Position numbers and translations under genes: made by a program. The notes under the pieces are model-generated. The model worked only from the letters and a program-made list of their open reading frames with translations, searched no databases and had not been told where the DNA came from. A DNA stretch of 64,000 nucleotides, taken from contig CAWAXX010000017.1 of the NCBI GenBank assembly GCA_963786105.1, positions 192,001 through 256,000 on the forward strand, in the 5' to 3' direction. Position 1 is the first letter of the stretch, and each line of letters starts with the position of its first letter. Source of the DNA: Vulcanimicrobiota bacterium (GTDB lineage: Bacteria; Vulcanimicrobiota; Vulcanimicrobiia; Vulcanimicrobiales; Vulcanimicrobiaceae). This document shows, piece after piece, positions 20,460 through 29,551 of the stretch.

Positions 20460-21670
20460 CCTCCGTGCGCCGTTTTACCCGCGGCGTCGCCGTGCTGGTT
20501 GCGTCCATCGTTTCGCCGGGATTTGCGTTGGCCGCTCCCGCCGTCGTCGGCGCGCCCTCGGCGACGACGGTCCAAAACATCGTACGCAGTTCCATGGCGG
20601 AGAACCACCTCAAGGCGGTCATCGTCCAGGTGCGCTCGAACGGCACCGACCTTTACACGGGGGCTTTCGGCGATTCGATGACCGGCGTGCCGGCGTCGCC
20701 CGACATGCACTTTCGCAATGGAGCGCTGGCGTTTACATACATGGCGACGCTGCTGCTCGAGCTCGTCGACCAGAAGAAAGTGACGCTCGAAACGAAGCTC
20801 TCGACGTACCTTCCAGGTCTTCCCAATGCGGACCGAATCACGCTGCGGAACTTGGCGCAAATGACGTCGGGGTACGCCGATTACGTATACCAGCCGGAGT
20901 TCTTGCAGGGGTTGTATCGCGACCCGTTCCGCCAGTGGACCCCGGAGGAACTCATGGCGATCGGCGTCTCGAAGCCGATTCAGTTCGCACCTGGGACGAA
21001 CTGGGGCTACTCCCACACAAACTACGTCGTCCTCGGCCGCGTGCTCGAAAAGATCGCCGGCATGCCGATCGCAGAAGCTATTGCCCGATACGTGTTGGAA
21101 CCGATGGGCTTGAAGCAGACCGGCGCGCTACCGACGCCGGTAATTCCCGAGCCGGTGTTGCACGCTTTCAGTTCCGAACGCCGCGAAGTGCTCGGCATCA
21201 ACGCCGGCGTGCCGTTCTACGAGGAAGCGACGTACTGGAACCCGTCGTGGACGACGATCGAGGGCGCCGTCGAAACGACCGACATTTCCGACTTGAGCCT
21301 CTCGATCGAAGCGGTCGCCGGTGGGAAGCTGTTGTCAGCGACGTCGTCCGTCGCGCAAATCGTGCCGAGCCTCATCGGATTCGGCCACGTGCAGCCGGAC
21401 TGCCCCGCGTGTCGCGAAAACACCAGCGCGTTGAACTACGGTCTCGGCGTGATCGACAGCGGAGCTTGGATCATGCAAACGTTAGGATTTGCCGGCGCCT
21501 CGGGAGCGGTCGGATATTTGCCGGCGCAAAAGCTCACGATCGCGCTTGATGTAACCAACGGGCCCGGCGCGTACGACGACAAAGGGAATGCCGGGCTCGG
21601 CGCCGTCGCCGTGTTTCGCGCGCTTGCCGATGCGCTGGCACCGGGGACGCTGCCGCCTTCGGCTCGCTAA
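20450..21670 (+). CDS. Secreted serine hydrolase (beta-lactamase class C fold) with non-canonical active site
   Basis: ITLRNLAQMTSG, PGTNWGYSHTNY; SxxK position reads ALAF. Confidence 0.8.
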   Translation: MALTSVRRFTRGVAVLVASIVSPGFALAAPAVVGAPSATTVQNIVRSSMAENHLKAVIVQVRSNGTDLYTGAFGDSMTGVPASPDMHFRNGALAFTYMATLLLELVDQKKVTLETKLSTYLPGLPNADRITLRNLAQMTSGYADYVYQPEFLQGLYRDPFRQWTPEELMAIGVSKPIQFAPGTNWGYSHTNYVVLGRVLEKIAGMPIAEAIARYVLEPMGLKQTGALPTPVIPEPVLHAFSSERREVLGINAGVPFYEEATYWNPSWTTIEGAVETTDISDLSLSIEAVAGGKLLSATSSVAQIVPSLIGFGHVQPDCPACRENTSALNYGLGVIDSGAWIMQTLGFAGASGAVGYLPAQKLTIALDVTNGPGAYDDKGNAGLGAVAVFRALADALAPGTLPPSAR

Positions 21671-21716
21671 GCGGTTGTGGAAGGTAAACTGAGCCGATGC
21701 TGGGTAAATCTAGCGC

Positions 21717-22472
21717 GTGAGCAGTCTACCACTTGAAAAGCGGGTAGCCGTCGTAACGGGCGGTTCCCGGGGAATCGGAGGCGCGATTAGCCGTCTCCTG
21801 GCAGAAGACGGGGCAACGGTCGCCGTCTTAGGGCTCCCGATCGACCGGGAACGCACCGAAACGCTTCGGCATCATCTCAACGGAAGTGCGCCAAGACTGC
21901 ACTTTTACGAAGGCGACGTCGGTGTGTTTGGAGATTGCCGTAAGGCGGTTGAGGGCATCGTCGCCGAGCACGGCCGCATCGACTACCTCATCAACAATGC
22001 CGGCATCACGCGCGATCACACGGTTCGCAAAATGACCGTCGAGGAATGGCAAGCGGTTCTGCAGGTAAATCTGTCGGGACCGTTTTTCATGATCAAGGCC
22101 GTCCTCGACACCATGGTCGCCCGGCAGTTCGGTAGGATCGTCAACATCAGCTCGGTGGTCGGTCAGGGCGGCAACTTCGGACAGGCGAACTACGCCGCCG
22201 CCAAGGCTGGACTCATCGGCCTAACCAAGACGGTCGCGCTGGAAGTAGCCAAAAACCGCATTACGGTGAACGCGGTCGCGCCCGGTTTCATCGACACGGA
22301 CATGACCAAGGCGATGCCGTCCGAGGCGATCGAGACGGCGATCGCGCAAACGCCCAAACGCCGGCTGGGACAGCCCGAAGAAGTCGCGCATCTCGTGCGC
22401 TTCCTGATCGACGATCATGCCGGCTACATCACCGGCGCGGTGTATAACGTCAACGGCGGCTGGTACATGTGA
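21717..22472 (+). CDS. phaB: Acetoacetyl-CoA reductase
   Basis: TGGSRGIG, NNAGITRD, GQANYAAAK, NGGWYM; overlaps the phaC start. Confidence 0.85.
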   Translation: MSSLPLEKRVAVVTGGSRGIGGAISRLLAEDGATVAVLGLPIDRERTETLRHHLNGSAPRLHFYEGDVGVFGDCRKAVEGIVAEHGRIDYLINNAGITRDHTVRKMTVEEWQAVLQVNLSGPFFMIKAVLDTMVARQFGRIVNISSVVGQGGNFGQANYAAAKAGLIGLTKTVALEVAKNRITVNAVAPGFIDTDMTKAMPSEAIETAIAQTPKRRLGQPEEVAHLVRFLIDDHAGYITGAVYNVNGGWYM

Positions 22473-24232
22473 GGGCTCTCGACGAAGCGCGCGACGAAAC
22501 GCCGTTGCCGGCCGACGACCTCAGCTACGGTATCGACGTCACCGGGCTCGACCCTGCGTCGCTCAACGATGCGCTCAAGGCCGTCTTGGCCGACGCTATG
22601 GCCGATCCGTTGCGCATGAGCACTTGGCTCTCGGGTTTTGCTTTGGCCGAGCAGAACGTGGGGCTGAACATGCTGCGCCGCTTGGGCGGCCAAGAGGCGA
22701 TGGCGCCGCTAGGTCAGAGCCCGGCCGCCGCCGCTGACAAGCGCTTCAGCGAGCCGGAATGGTCGAGCAATCCGCTGCTCGCGGGGATCGTGGAAGACTA
22801 CAGAGTGCGAACGCAGGCGGCATTGCAGCTGGTCGATTCGGCGCGGTTGCCGGACGCGACCCGGCGAAAAGCGCGCTTCGCCATGCAGCTGATGTTCGAT
22901 GCGTTTGCGCCGAGCAACGTGCCGTGGCTCAATCCCGGGGTCGTAAAGGAAGCGATGAATACCGGTGGATTGAGTTTGCTGCAAGGCCTGCGCAACTTCA
23001 TGGACGACCTGCAAAACAACGGCGGCTATCCGCGTCAGGTCGACGCGTCGGGCTTCGAACTGGGGAACAACATCGCCGCCACCCCGGGCCGCGTGGTCGT
23101 GCGTAACGACCTGATCGAGTTGATTGCCTACGAGCCGCAGACGCCGAAGGTTCACGCGATACCGATCTTATGCAGCCCGCCGTGGATCAATAAGTTCTAC
23201 ATCATGGATTTGGCCCCGGGCCGCTCGTTCGTGGAATGGGCGGTAAAGCACGGGCACCAAGTTTTCATGATCAGCTATCGCAATCCCGACGAAGGCATGT
23301 CGCACCTAAAAATGGACGACTATCTGCGCTCGGGCTTTTTAGCGGCCCTCGACGCCGTGCAAGACATCACCGGCGCCAAGACCGTCAACGTTTCGGCGCT
23401 GTGTTTGGGCGGGACGCTCGCGCTGATCGCCATGGCGTATCTCGCCGCTCACGGCCAGAGCGGCCGCATCAACAGCCTGACGGTGACCAACACGCTGATC
23501 GACTTCAGCATACCTGGCGACCTTGGCGTGTTTACGGACGAGGACACGATTAGCCGTCTGGAACGGCGCATGCGCGAGCGTGGCTACCTTGAATCGCAGG
23601 AGATGGCAAAAACGTTCGACTGGATGCGGTCGCACGACCTCATTTGGAGTTACGTCGTCAACAGCTGGTATAAAGGGAAGAAGCCGCCGGCGTTCGACAT
23701 CCTCGCGTGGAACGGCGACTCGACGAGGATGCCGGTCGAGATGCACTCGCAGTATCTGCGCGCGTGCTACCTGCATAACGCGATCGTAAAGCCGGGCGCG
23801 TTCGTTATTGACGACACGCCGATCGATCTTGGCAAAATTTCGGCGCCGCTATACGTGCTGGGTGCCGAGAACGATCACATCGCGCCGTGGAACGCGACGT
23901 ACTTGACGACGCAACACGTGGGCGGCGACGCGAAGTACACGCTGACCAACTCCGGCCACATCGCCGGTATCGTCAACCCGCCGGGCGGGAAGAAGAGTTT
24001 GTATTACACCAAACCCGCCGCGGCGCGCGGCGAGACTGCCCAAGAATGGCTTGAAACGGCCGACCGGCGGCAAGGAAGCTGGTGGGAAGATTGGGCCGCG
24101 TGGGCGGACGCGCACGGCGGCGAGATGCGCGAGCCCTACCGGCTGCCGGAAGGCGAGCCCGCTCCCGGCAGGTACGTGCGCAATGAGACCGGCTCATCGT
24201 TCGGCCCGGCGCTCGAGGCGAGAACCTCGTGA
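22469..24232 (+). CDS. phaC: Poly(3-hydroxyalkanoate) synthase
   Basis: ATPGRVV, PPWINKFYIMDL, catalytic Cys in ALCLGG, DHIAPW, SGHIAG, GSWW; 587 aa (class I/II size). Confidence 0.95.
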   Translation: MRALDEARDETPLPADDLSYGIDVTGLDPASLNDALKAVLADAMADPLRMSTWLSGFALAEQNVGLNMLRRLGGQEAMAPLGQSPAAAADKRFSEPEWSSNPLLAGIVEDYRVRTQAALQLVDSARLPDATRRKARFAMQLMFDAFAPSNVPWLNPGVVKEAMNTGGLSLLQGLRNFMDDLQNNGGYPRQVDASGFELGNNIAATPGRVVVRNDLIELIAYEPQTPKVHAIPILCSPPWINKFYIMDLAPGRSFVEWAVKHGHQVFMISYRNPDEGMSHLKMDDYLRSGFLAALDAVQDITGAKTVNVSALCLGGTLALIAMAYLAAHGQSGRINSLTVTNTLIDFSIPGDLGVFTDEDTISRLERRMRERGYLESQEMAKTFDWMRSHDLIWSYVVNSWYKGKKPPAFDILAWNGDSTRMPVEMHSQYLRACYLHNAIVKPGAFVIDDTPIDLGKISAPLYVLGAENDHIAPWNATYLTTQHVGGDAKYTLTNSGHIAGIVNPPGGKKSLYYTKPAAARGETAQEWLETADRRQGSWWEDWAAWADAHGGEMREPYRLPEGEPAPGRYVRNETGSSFGPALEARTS

Positions 24233-24612
24233 CCGACGGTACCGAGGACGACCGGGGGCCGCGCACCGCCTGGAGCAGCCTCGGCGAATTCATTCGCAGC
24301 CAGCGCGAGCTCGCCAACCTGTCGATGCGCCAGTTGGCCGAGATCGCGAAGATCTCCAACCCCTACCTCAGCCAGGTCGAGCGGGGACTCTATAAGCCAT
24401 CGGCCGACGTACTCAAGCAGATCGCCAATGCGTTGCACCTCTCGGCCGAGACGATGTACGCTCAGGCGGGCCTGCTCGATAACACAGCTGAGCAAGGCAA
24501 CCATCATGGGGTTGAGCACGCGATCAAGCTAGATCCGCGTTTGACGGTCGATCAAAAGGAAGCCCTCATTCGGATATACCGCAGTTTTGCAGGGGGCGGC
24601 TCCGGCGGTTGA
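24229..24612 (+). CDS. XRE-family HTH regulator, Rv0474/MLDSR-like
   Basis: GEFIRSQRE...SMRQLAE...SNPYLSQVERGLYKPSADVL...AGLL...QKEALIRIYRSF; GTGA overlap with phaC. Confidence 0.88.
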   Translation: MTDGTEDDRGPRTAWSSLGEFIRSQRELANLSMRQLAEIAKISNPYLSQVERGLYKPSADVLKQIANALHLSAETMYAQAGLLDNTAEQGNHHGVEHAIKLDPRLTVDQKEALIRIYRSFAGGGSGG

Positions 24613-24656
24613 CAAATGCCCCGAGTGCTTGGTAAACTTAGCACACCAAAGCACAC
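24609..24656 (+). promoter_or_regulatory. Sigma70-type promoter with overlapping candidate operator
   Basis: TTGACA 24609, TG-n-TAAACT at 24633; GTGCT-N10-AGCAC inverted repeat (24625-24644) and second AGCACAC at 24650. Confidence 0.7.
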
Positions 24657-24671
24657 AGGAGTACAACATAC

Positions 24672-25055
24672 ATGGCCGTCAACGTAGCCGACTATTTCAC
24701 CAAAATGCAGCAAGAGAGCCTGAGCGCTCTCAAGCAGGGTCAGGACGCCAGCATCAAGGCGCTCGATCAGTTCCGCGCCTTCGGCAAAGAGTTCGCCGAG
24801 AAGCCGGGCACGCTCCCGACCTTCGAAAACATGCCGTCGCCGACGCAGCTCGTCGAGATGTCGTTCGGATTCGCCGCCCAAGTTCTCGAGCTTCGTAAAG
24901 CCTACACTCTGAAGATCGCCGAGATGCTCGTCGAGACTCAGAAGCAGGCCGAAGCCACGGTCAAGCAGGCCACTGCCACCGTCCAGAACGCGACGCAAAA
25001 CATGACCCAAAACGGCTCGACCATTCCGACGAAGCCGGTCACCACGAATAAGTAG
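24672..25055 (+). CDS. Putative phasin (PHA granule-associated protein)
   Basis: 127 aa, amphipathic Gln/Ala/Lys/Thr-rich, no Cys or Trp; SD AGGAG; follows phaBC and regulator. Confidence 0.6.
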   Translation: MAVNVADYFTKMQQESLSALKQGQDASIKALDQFRAFGKEFAEKPGTLPTFENMPSPTQLVEMSFGFAAQVLELRKAYTLKIAEMLVETQKQAEATVKQATATVQNATQNMTQNGSTIPTKPVTTNK

Positions 25056-25069
25056 TTCCTTCGCGGCGC

Positions 25070-25110
25070 CCTTCGACGGCGCGCCATCGGCGCTCCGCTC
25101 AGGATGACAC
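25070..25110. repeat. Third copy of the REP-like mini-hairpin element
   Basis: CCTTCGACGGC-GCGCC-ATC-GGCGC-TCCGCTCAGGATGACAC. Confidence 0.8.
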
Positions 25111-25226
25111 CGCCTCAGGGAAGGTCCCGTAACGGGAAAAAAGGGGTAGCAAGGCCGCTCGGTTTCGACCGAGCGGTTCCTTTTATTGGCCGCGGACGAT
25201 ACAATGCGCCCAGAAGGAGGGCTACT

Positions 25227-25943
25227 ATGCCCATTGCAAAGCGCGTTTCCGCGGAATTCCTCGGGACGTTCTGGTTGGTTTTCGGAGGCTGCGGGAGCGC
25301 GATTTTCGCCTCGCTGTTCCTCAATCCCGACAAGGTGTCGCTCGGCATCGGCTTTGCCGGCGTGGCGCTGGCGTTTGGTTTGACGGTCCTGACCGCGGTG
25401 TACGCGCTTGGGCCGATTTCCGGTGGCCACTTCAATCCGGCCGTTACCGTCGGCCTGTGGGTCGCCCGGCGGTTCGACGGCAAGGATGTGATTCCGTACA
25501 TCATCACGCAATGCGTGGCCGCGGTTGCCGCGGCGGCGGTGCTGTACTTCATTCTCTCGGGCAAGGCGGGGTTCACCGGCGCCGGCACGTTCGCGGCCAA
25601 CGGTTACGGCGAACACTCGCCGGGCGGTTACAATCTGGCGGCCGCGTTCGTTGCAGAGGTGGTGCTGACGTTTTTCTTCCTGGCGGTCATCCTCGGCAGC
25701 ACCGACAAACGCGCGCCGGCGGGATTCGCCGGACTCGCAATCGGCTTATGTTTGACCCTGATTCATTTGGTCGGTATTCCGATCACGAACACGTCGGTAA
25801 ATCCGGCGCGCAGCCTTGGACCGGCGCTGTTCGCTCAGGGCGGCTGGGCGCTTGGGCAACTGTGGCTCTTCTGGGTTGCACCGATCATCGGGGCGGCGAT
25901 TGCGGGAATCCTCTACTCGCAGCTCTTCGCGGAGAAAACGTAG
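25227..25943 (+). CDS. aqpZ: Aquaporin Z
   Basis: [54 protein letters not shown]. Confidence 0.97.
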   Translation: MPIAKRVSAEFLGTFWLVFGGCGSAIFASLFLNPDKVSLGIGFAGVALAFGLTVLTAVYALGPISGGHFNPAVTVGLWVARRFDGKDVIPYIITQCVAAVAAAAVLYFILSGKAGFTGAGTFAANGYGEHSPGGYNLAAAFVAEVVLTFFFLAVILGSTDKRAPAGFAGLAIGLCLTLIHLVGIPITNTSVNPARSLGPALFAQGGWALGQLWLFWVAPIIGAAIAGILYSQLFAEKT

Positions 25944-25987
25944 CCATACGCAGAAACTAGAGCGGCGCCTCACGACGCGCCAACGCG

Positions 25988-26010
25988 AAGATCTCGTTCG
26001 AGATCTTTGT
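25988..26010 (+). terminator. Probable hairpin terminator after aqpZ
   Basis: AAGATCTC-GTTC-GAGATCTT with only a short T tail. Confidence 0.4.
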
Positions 26011-26037
26011 CGGCCGGTGTCGGCGTTCGACGCCGCC

Positions 26038-28230
26038 GTGGCGCGCGCGTGCCGGCATGGCGTCGCTCTTCTCTTAGCCGGCGGAGCGCTCGCTCTGGCG
26101 TATGCCGGCAGCGTTGCCTGGGGTTTTCGCGCACACGCAGTAACGGCCGGCGACTTTGTCGAGCCGTCGCTGCATGCGCGCGTCGTCATCTCGCGCGATG
26201 GCCGCGACGTTCCGCACATCGCGGCGTCCTCCGAGCACGATCTCTTTTTCGCGCAAGGGTTCGTCGAGGGATCCGACCGGATGTTTCAGATGGAACTGAC
26301 GCGCCGGTATGCGACCGGAACTCTGGCCGAAGTGCTTGGCCCGCGCGCCTTGACGATCGACCGGGAGCAGCGATACTACGACGTGCGCGACATCGCGGAG
26401 CGGCAGTGGCGGGCGATGGGAGGGCGCGAGCGTGCGGCCTTGATCGCGTTCAGCAAGGGGGTCAACGCGGCAATGCGTACGCAGCCGCTTCCGATCGAGT
26501 TTCGGCTGCTCCTCTACCGGCCGCGTCCGTGGGAGCCGCAGGATTCGCTTGCGGTGTCGCTAGCGGTCTCGATTGCGCTGGCCGACTCGTGGCACGATGT
26601 GCTCGCTCGCAACGACACCTGGAGACGGTACGGTCCGCGCGAGTTCGACCAGTACTTTCCGCTCAGCGATGCAAGCTACGATGTTGCCCTCAACGGTGCT
26701 TCGCACCGCTCCTCGCATCGCGGCGCGACGGCGAGCGTCGTGGCGTTGCAAGCCGGCCGCCTTGCGCCGCGAACGATAGCGGCGCGAGCGGGGAGTAACG
26801 CGTGGGCGGTGGGAGGGCAGGCAACGGCGAGCGGCCGCGCCCTGGTCGCCAACGATCCGCACTTGGATCTTACGATCCCGGGCCTGTGGTATTTGGAGGA
26901 CTTGCGCGCGCCCGGTATGCACGTCGCCGGCGCGTCGATTCCCGGCGCTCCCGGCGTTCTGCTGGGACACAACCAACGCATCGCCTGGGCTGCAACCAAC
27001 GCCGATGCATCGGCGATGAGCCTCTTCGAGGCGGGCCGCTTGGAGCCGCGGTCATGGGAGCGCGAAGTCTTTCACGTGCGGTTTTCGAAGGACGTGACCG
27101 GCGCGTACTATCGGACGGCGCACGAGTTCGGCGTTCCGAACTCCTATGAGGGTGGGCGTCTCACGTTGGTGCGGTGGCCGTTGTTTTACCAGCGGAGCTC
27201 GGCGGTGGCGGCGTTTCTGGCACTAGACCGCGCGACCAGCGCGACTGCGGCTATGCGAGTCCTGGCCGGCTACAGCGGTACCGCGGAAAACTTCGTGGTT
27301 GCCGATGCGCGCGGCGACGTCGCGTATCATCTCGCCGGAAGCGTTCCGCAGGACCCGGCGTGGGGACGCTACGTTTACCCCGCCGGCGACCTGCGGCGCC
27401 GCTTCCGAATCATCCCATTTTCGCAGCTGCCCGGTGTCGCCGTATCGGCAAAGGCGACGATCGTCAGCGCCAACAACAAGATGTACGGCGCCCGTTATCC
27501 ATATCGGCTATCGGCTTCGTTCGAACCGCCGTACCGGGCCTACCGGATCGCGGAGCTGTTACGCTCGCATCGCCGTTACGATGCGGCGTACTTCGCCCTG
27601 ATGCAGCTCGACGCGGTGTCACCGGTCGACTTGGAGTTTGCCCGAATGGTGAGTGCGGCGATTTCAAGAAACGGCGATCCGTCGGATCGGACGGTTGCCC
27701 GCGAGCTCGATTCGTGGGACGGCACGTTTGCCCAGGGATCGCGCGCCGCGACGCTCGAGCACGCGTTGCGGACGCGCTTGGAACAAAGCGCGCCGTCATT
27801 GTACGCGCTTCTGCGGCAGTTTCGTTCGAGCGGCGGCGCCGGCGACGTAGGTGCCGACCTGCGCGGCGCGCTGTTTCTGGCTCCCGAGCGAATGCAACCG
27901 TGGGGTCGCGCCGGGTCGGTTCGCATCGAACATCCACTGGCGCCGCTGCGTTTCGGCTTCCTTAACGGCGCGACGCTCCCGGGCGACGGCGACGAATACA
28001 CGATCCATTTGCAAGAGCCGGGCTTTTCGCAGAGTTTTCGCGCGGTGTGGGAGGCCGGCAACTGGGATGCGGGAGGCATCGCCATTCCAAGCGGCGAGTC
28101 GGGCGAGCCCGGTTCGGGACACTACAGCGACCTGAGCGCAGATTGGATCGCCGGAAGGCTCGAGCCCCTGCCGTTTAATAAGCGCGCCGTCGAAGCGGCT
28201 ACGCGCGAACGCCTGATTCTCGAACCGTAA
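26038..28230 (+). CDS. Penicillin acylase family (peptidase S45, Ntn hydrolase)
   Basis: DVPHI, FFAQGF, GSNAWAV nucleophile, ANDPHL, GESGEPGSGHYSD; start uncertain. Confidence 0.9.
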   Translation: MARACRHGVALLLAGGALALAYAGSVAWGFRAHAVTAGDFVEPSLHARVVISRDGRDVPHIAASSEHDLFFAQGFVEGSDRMFQMELTRRYATGTLAEVLGPRALTIDREQRYYDVRDIAERQWRAMGGRERAALIAFSKGVNAAMRTQPLPIEFRLLLYRPRPWEPQDSLAVSLAVSIALADSWHDVLARNDTWRRYGPREFDQYFPLSDASYDVALNGASHRSSHRGATASVVALQAGRLAPRTIAARAGSNAWAVGGQATASGRALVANDPHLDLTIPGLWYLEDLRAPGMHVAGASIPGAPGVLLGHNQRIAWAATNADASAMSLFEAGRLEPRSWEREVFHVRFSKDVTGAYYRTAHEFGVPNSYEGGRLTLVRWPLFYQRSSAVAAFLALDRATSATAAMRVLAGYSGTAENFVVADARGDVAYHLAGSVPQDPAWGRYVYPAGDLRRRFRIIPFSQLPGVAVSAKATIVSANNKMYGARYPYRLSASFEPPYRAYRIAELLRSHRRYDAAYFALMQLDAVSPVDLEFARMVSAAISRNGDPSDRTVARELDSWDGTFAQGSRAATLEHALRTRLEQSAPSLYALLRQFRSSGGAGDVGADLRGALFLAPERMQPWGRAGSVRIEHPLAPLRFGFLNGATLPGDGDEYTIHLQEPGFSQSFRAVWEAGNWDAGGIAIPSGESGEPGSGHYSDLSADWIAGRLEPLPFNKRAVEAATRERLILEP

Positions 28231-28239
28231 GCGCGTCCG

Positions 28240-29460
28240 TTATCGGCGGCGGGGACGCGAGCGGTAGACGACGCGCGCTTTCGGCGGCTCGACGCTGGCT
28301 TCGGGAAACAGCGGATTTTGGGTGCGTTCGAGGCGTTTTCCGAGGACGTACTCGATTTGTTTGATCAGCGGTTCTTCGTCAGAAGAGACGAACGTAATAG
28401 CGTCGCCGGCGGCTTTGGCGCGTGCCGTTCGGCCCACGCGGTGCAGATAATCGGCCGCAACGAGCGGCACGTCGTAGTTGATCACGTGGCCGAGCGCAGA
28501 GATGTCGATACCGCGCGCGGCGATGTCGGTAGCGACCAACACGCGATAGCGACCTTGCTTAAAGTTTTCCAGAGCGTGCGTCCGTTGCGATTGGGAACGA
28601 TCGCCGTGGATCAGGTTCACCGGGATGCGGTGCTTTTGGAGCGCCGCAGCCAGCCGGTTAGCGCGCGCTTTGGTTCGCGTGAACGCAATCGCAGAATAGA
28701 TGGCGTTGTCTTTGAGCAGTTCGACCAGTAGATCGGTTTTATTCTCCTGAGGGACCGCATAGAGGGTTTGGCTCAGCGTTTGGACGGGAGCTGCCTTGGC
28801 CGCCAGCTCGACTCGCACCGGATCGCGCATGATCTCGCGGACGAGGCCGGATATTTGCGGCGGCAAGGTCGCTGAGAAGAAGAGCGTCTGGCGATGCGCC
28901 GGTACGTGCGTGATGATGCGACGAACGTCGGGCAGAAAACCCATGTCGAGCATGCGGTCGGCTTCATCCAGCACGAGCATCTCGACGTCTTCGAGCCGCG
29001 CGGTTTTCTGCGATAAGTGGTCGAGTAGCCGTCCGGGTGTCGCGACCAGGATGTCGCAGCCGCGCTTGAGCGCGCTCAGTTGAGGCCGAAAGCCGACGCC
29101 GCCGTAAATCGCGGCAACCGTGATCTTGGTATGTTTGGCTAGCGAGGTAAGGTGCTTGGCGATTTGGTCGGCAAGTTCGCGGGTCGGCGCGAGAACGAGG
29201 GCGCGCGTCTTGCCTCGCGGCTTATCCATGAGCCGTTGCAGTAAGGGAACGCCGAACGCCGCCGTCTTGCCGCTGCCGGTCTCGGCGCTGCCGAGAACGT
29301 CGCGGCCTTCGAGGGCTGGAGGAATCGCGCGGATTTGGATGGGGGTGGGCTCGGCGAAGCCGAGGTCATGCAGAGCAGCCAGCAGCGGCGGCTGCAAGCC
29401 GAGTTTTTCGAATGTTGTAATGATTGACGATCTTTCCGGGTGTGCGCGGCTCGATCGCAT
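28240..29460 (-). CDS. DEAD-box RNA helicase (RhlE-like)
   Basis: Q motif, AETGSGKT, PTRELA, DEAD, SAT, ARGID, HRVGRTAR; start may be non-AUG at 29421/29424. Confidence 0.95.
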   Translation of the reverse strand: MRSSRAHPERSSIITTFEKLGLQPPLLAALHDLGFAEPTPIQIRAIPPALEGRDVLGSAETGSGKTAAFGVPLLQRLMDKPRGKTRALVLAPTRELADQIAKHLTSLAKHTKITVAAIYGGVGFRPQLSALKRGCDILVATPGRLLDHLSQKTARLEDVEMLVLDEADRMLDMGFLPDVRRIITHVPAHRQTLFFSATLPPQISGLVREIMRDPVRVELAAKAAPVQTLSQTLYAVPQENKTDLLVELLKDNAIYSAIAFTRTKARANRLAAALQKHRIPVNLIHGDRSQSQRTHALENFKQGRYRVLVATDIAARGIDISALGHVINYDVPLVAADYLHRVGRTARAKAAGDAITFVSSDEEPLIKQIEYVLGKRLERTQNPLFPEASVEPPKARVVYRSRPRRR

Positions 29461-29551
29461 TCATCCGAAGGATCGCGCGGGAGTTGCCCCACTATGGCAT
29501 GGAGGGGGGTCCTGCGTCAAATCCTAGAGTCGCAGGTGCTCGTTTGCCGGC

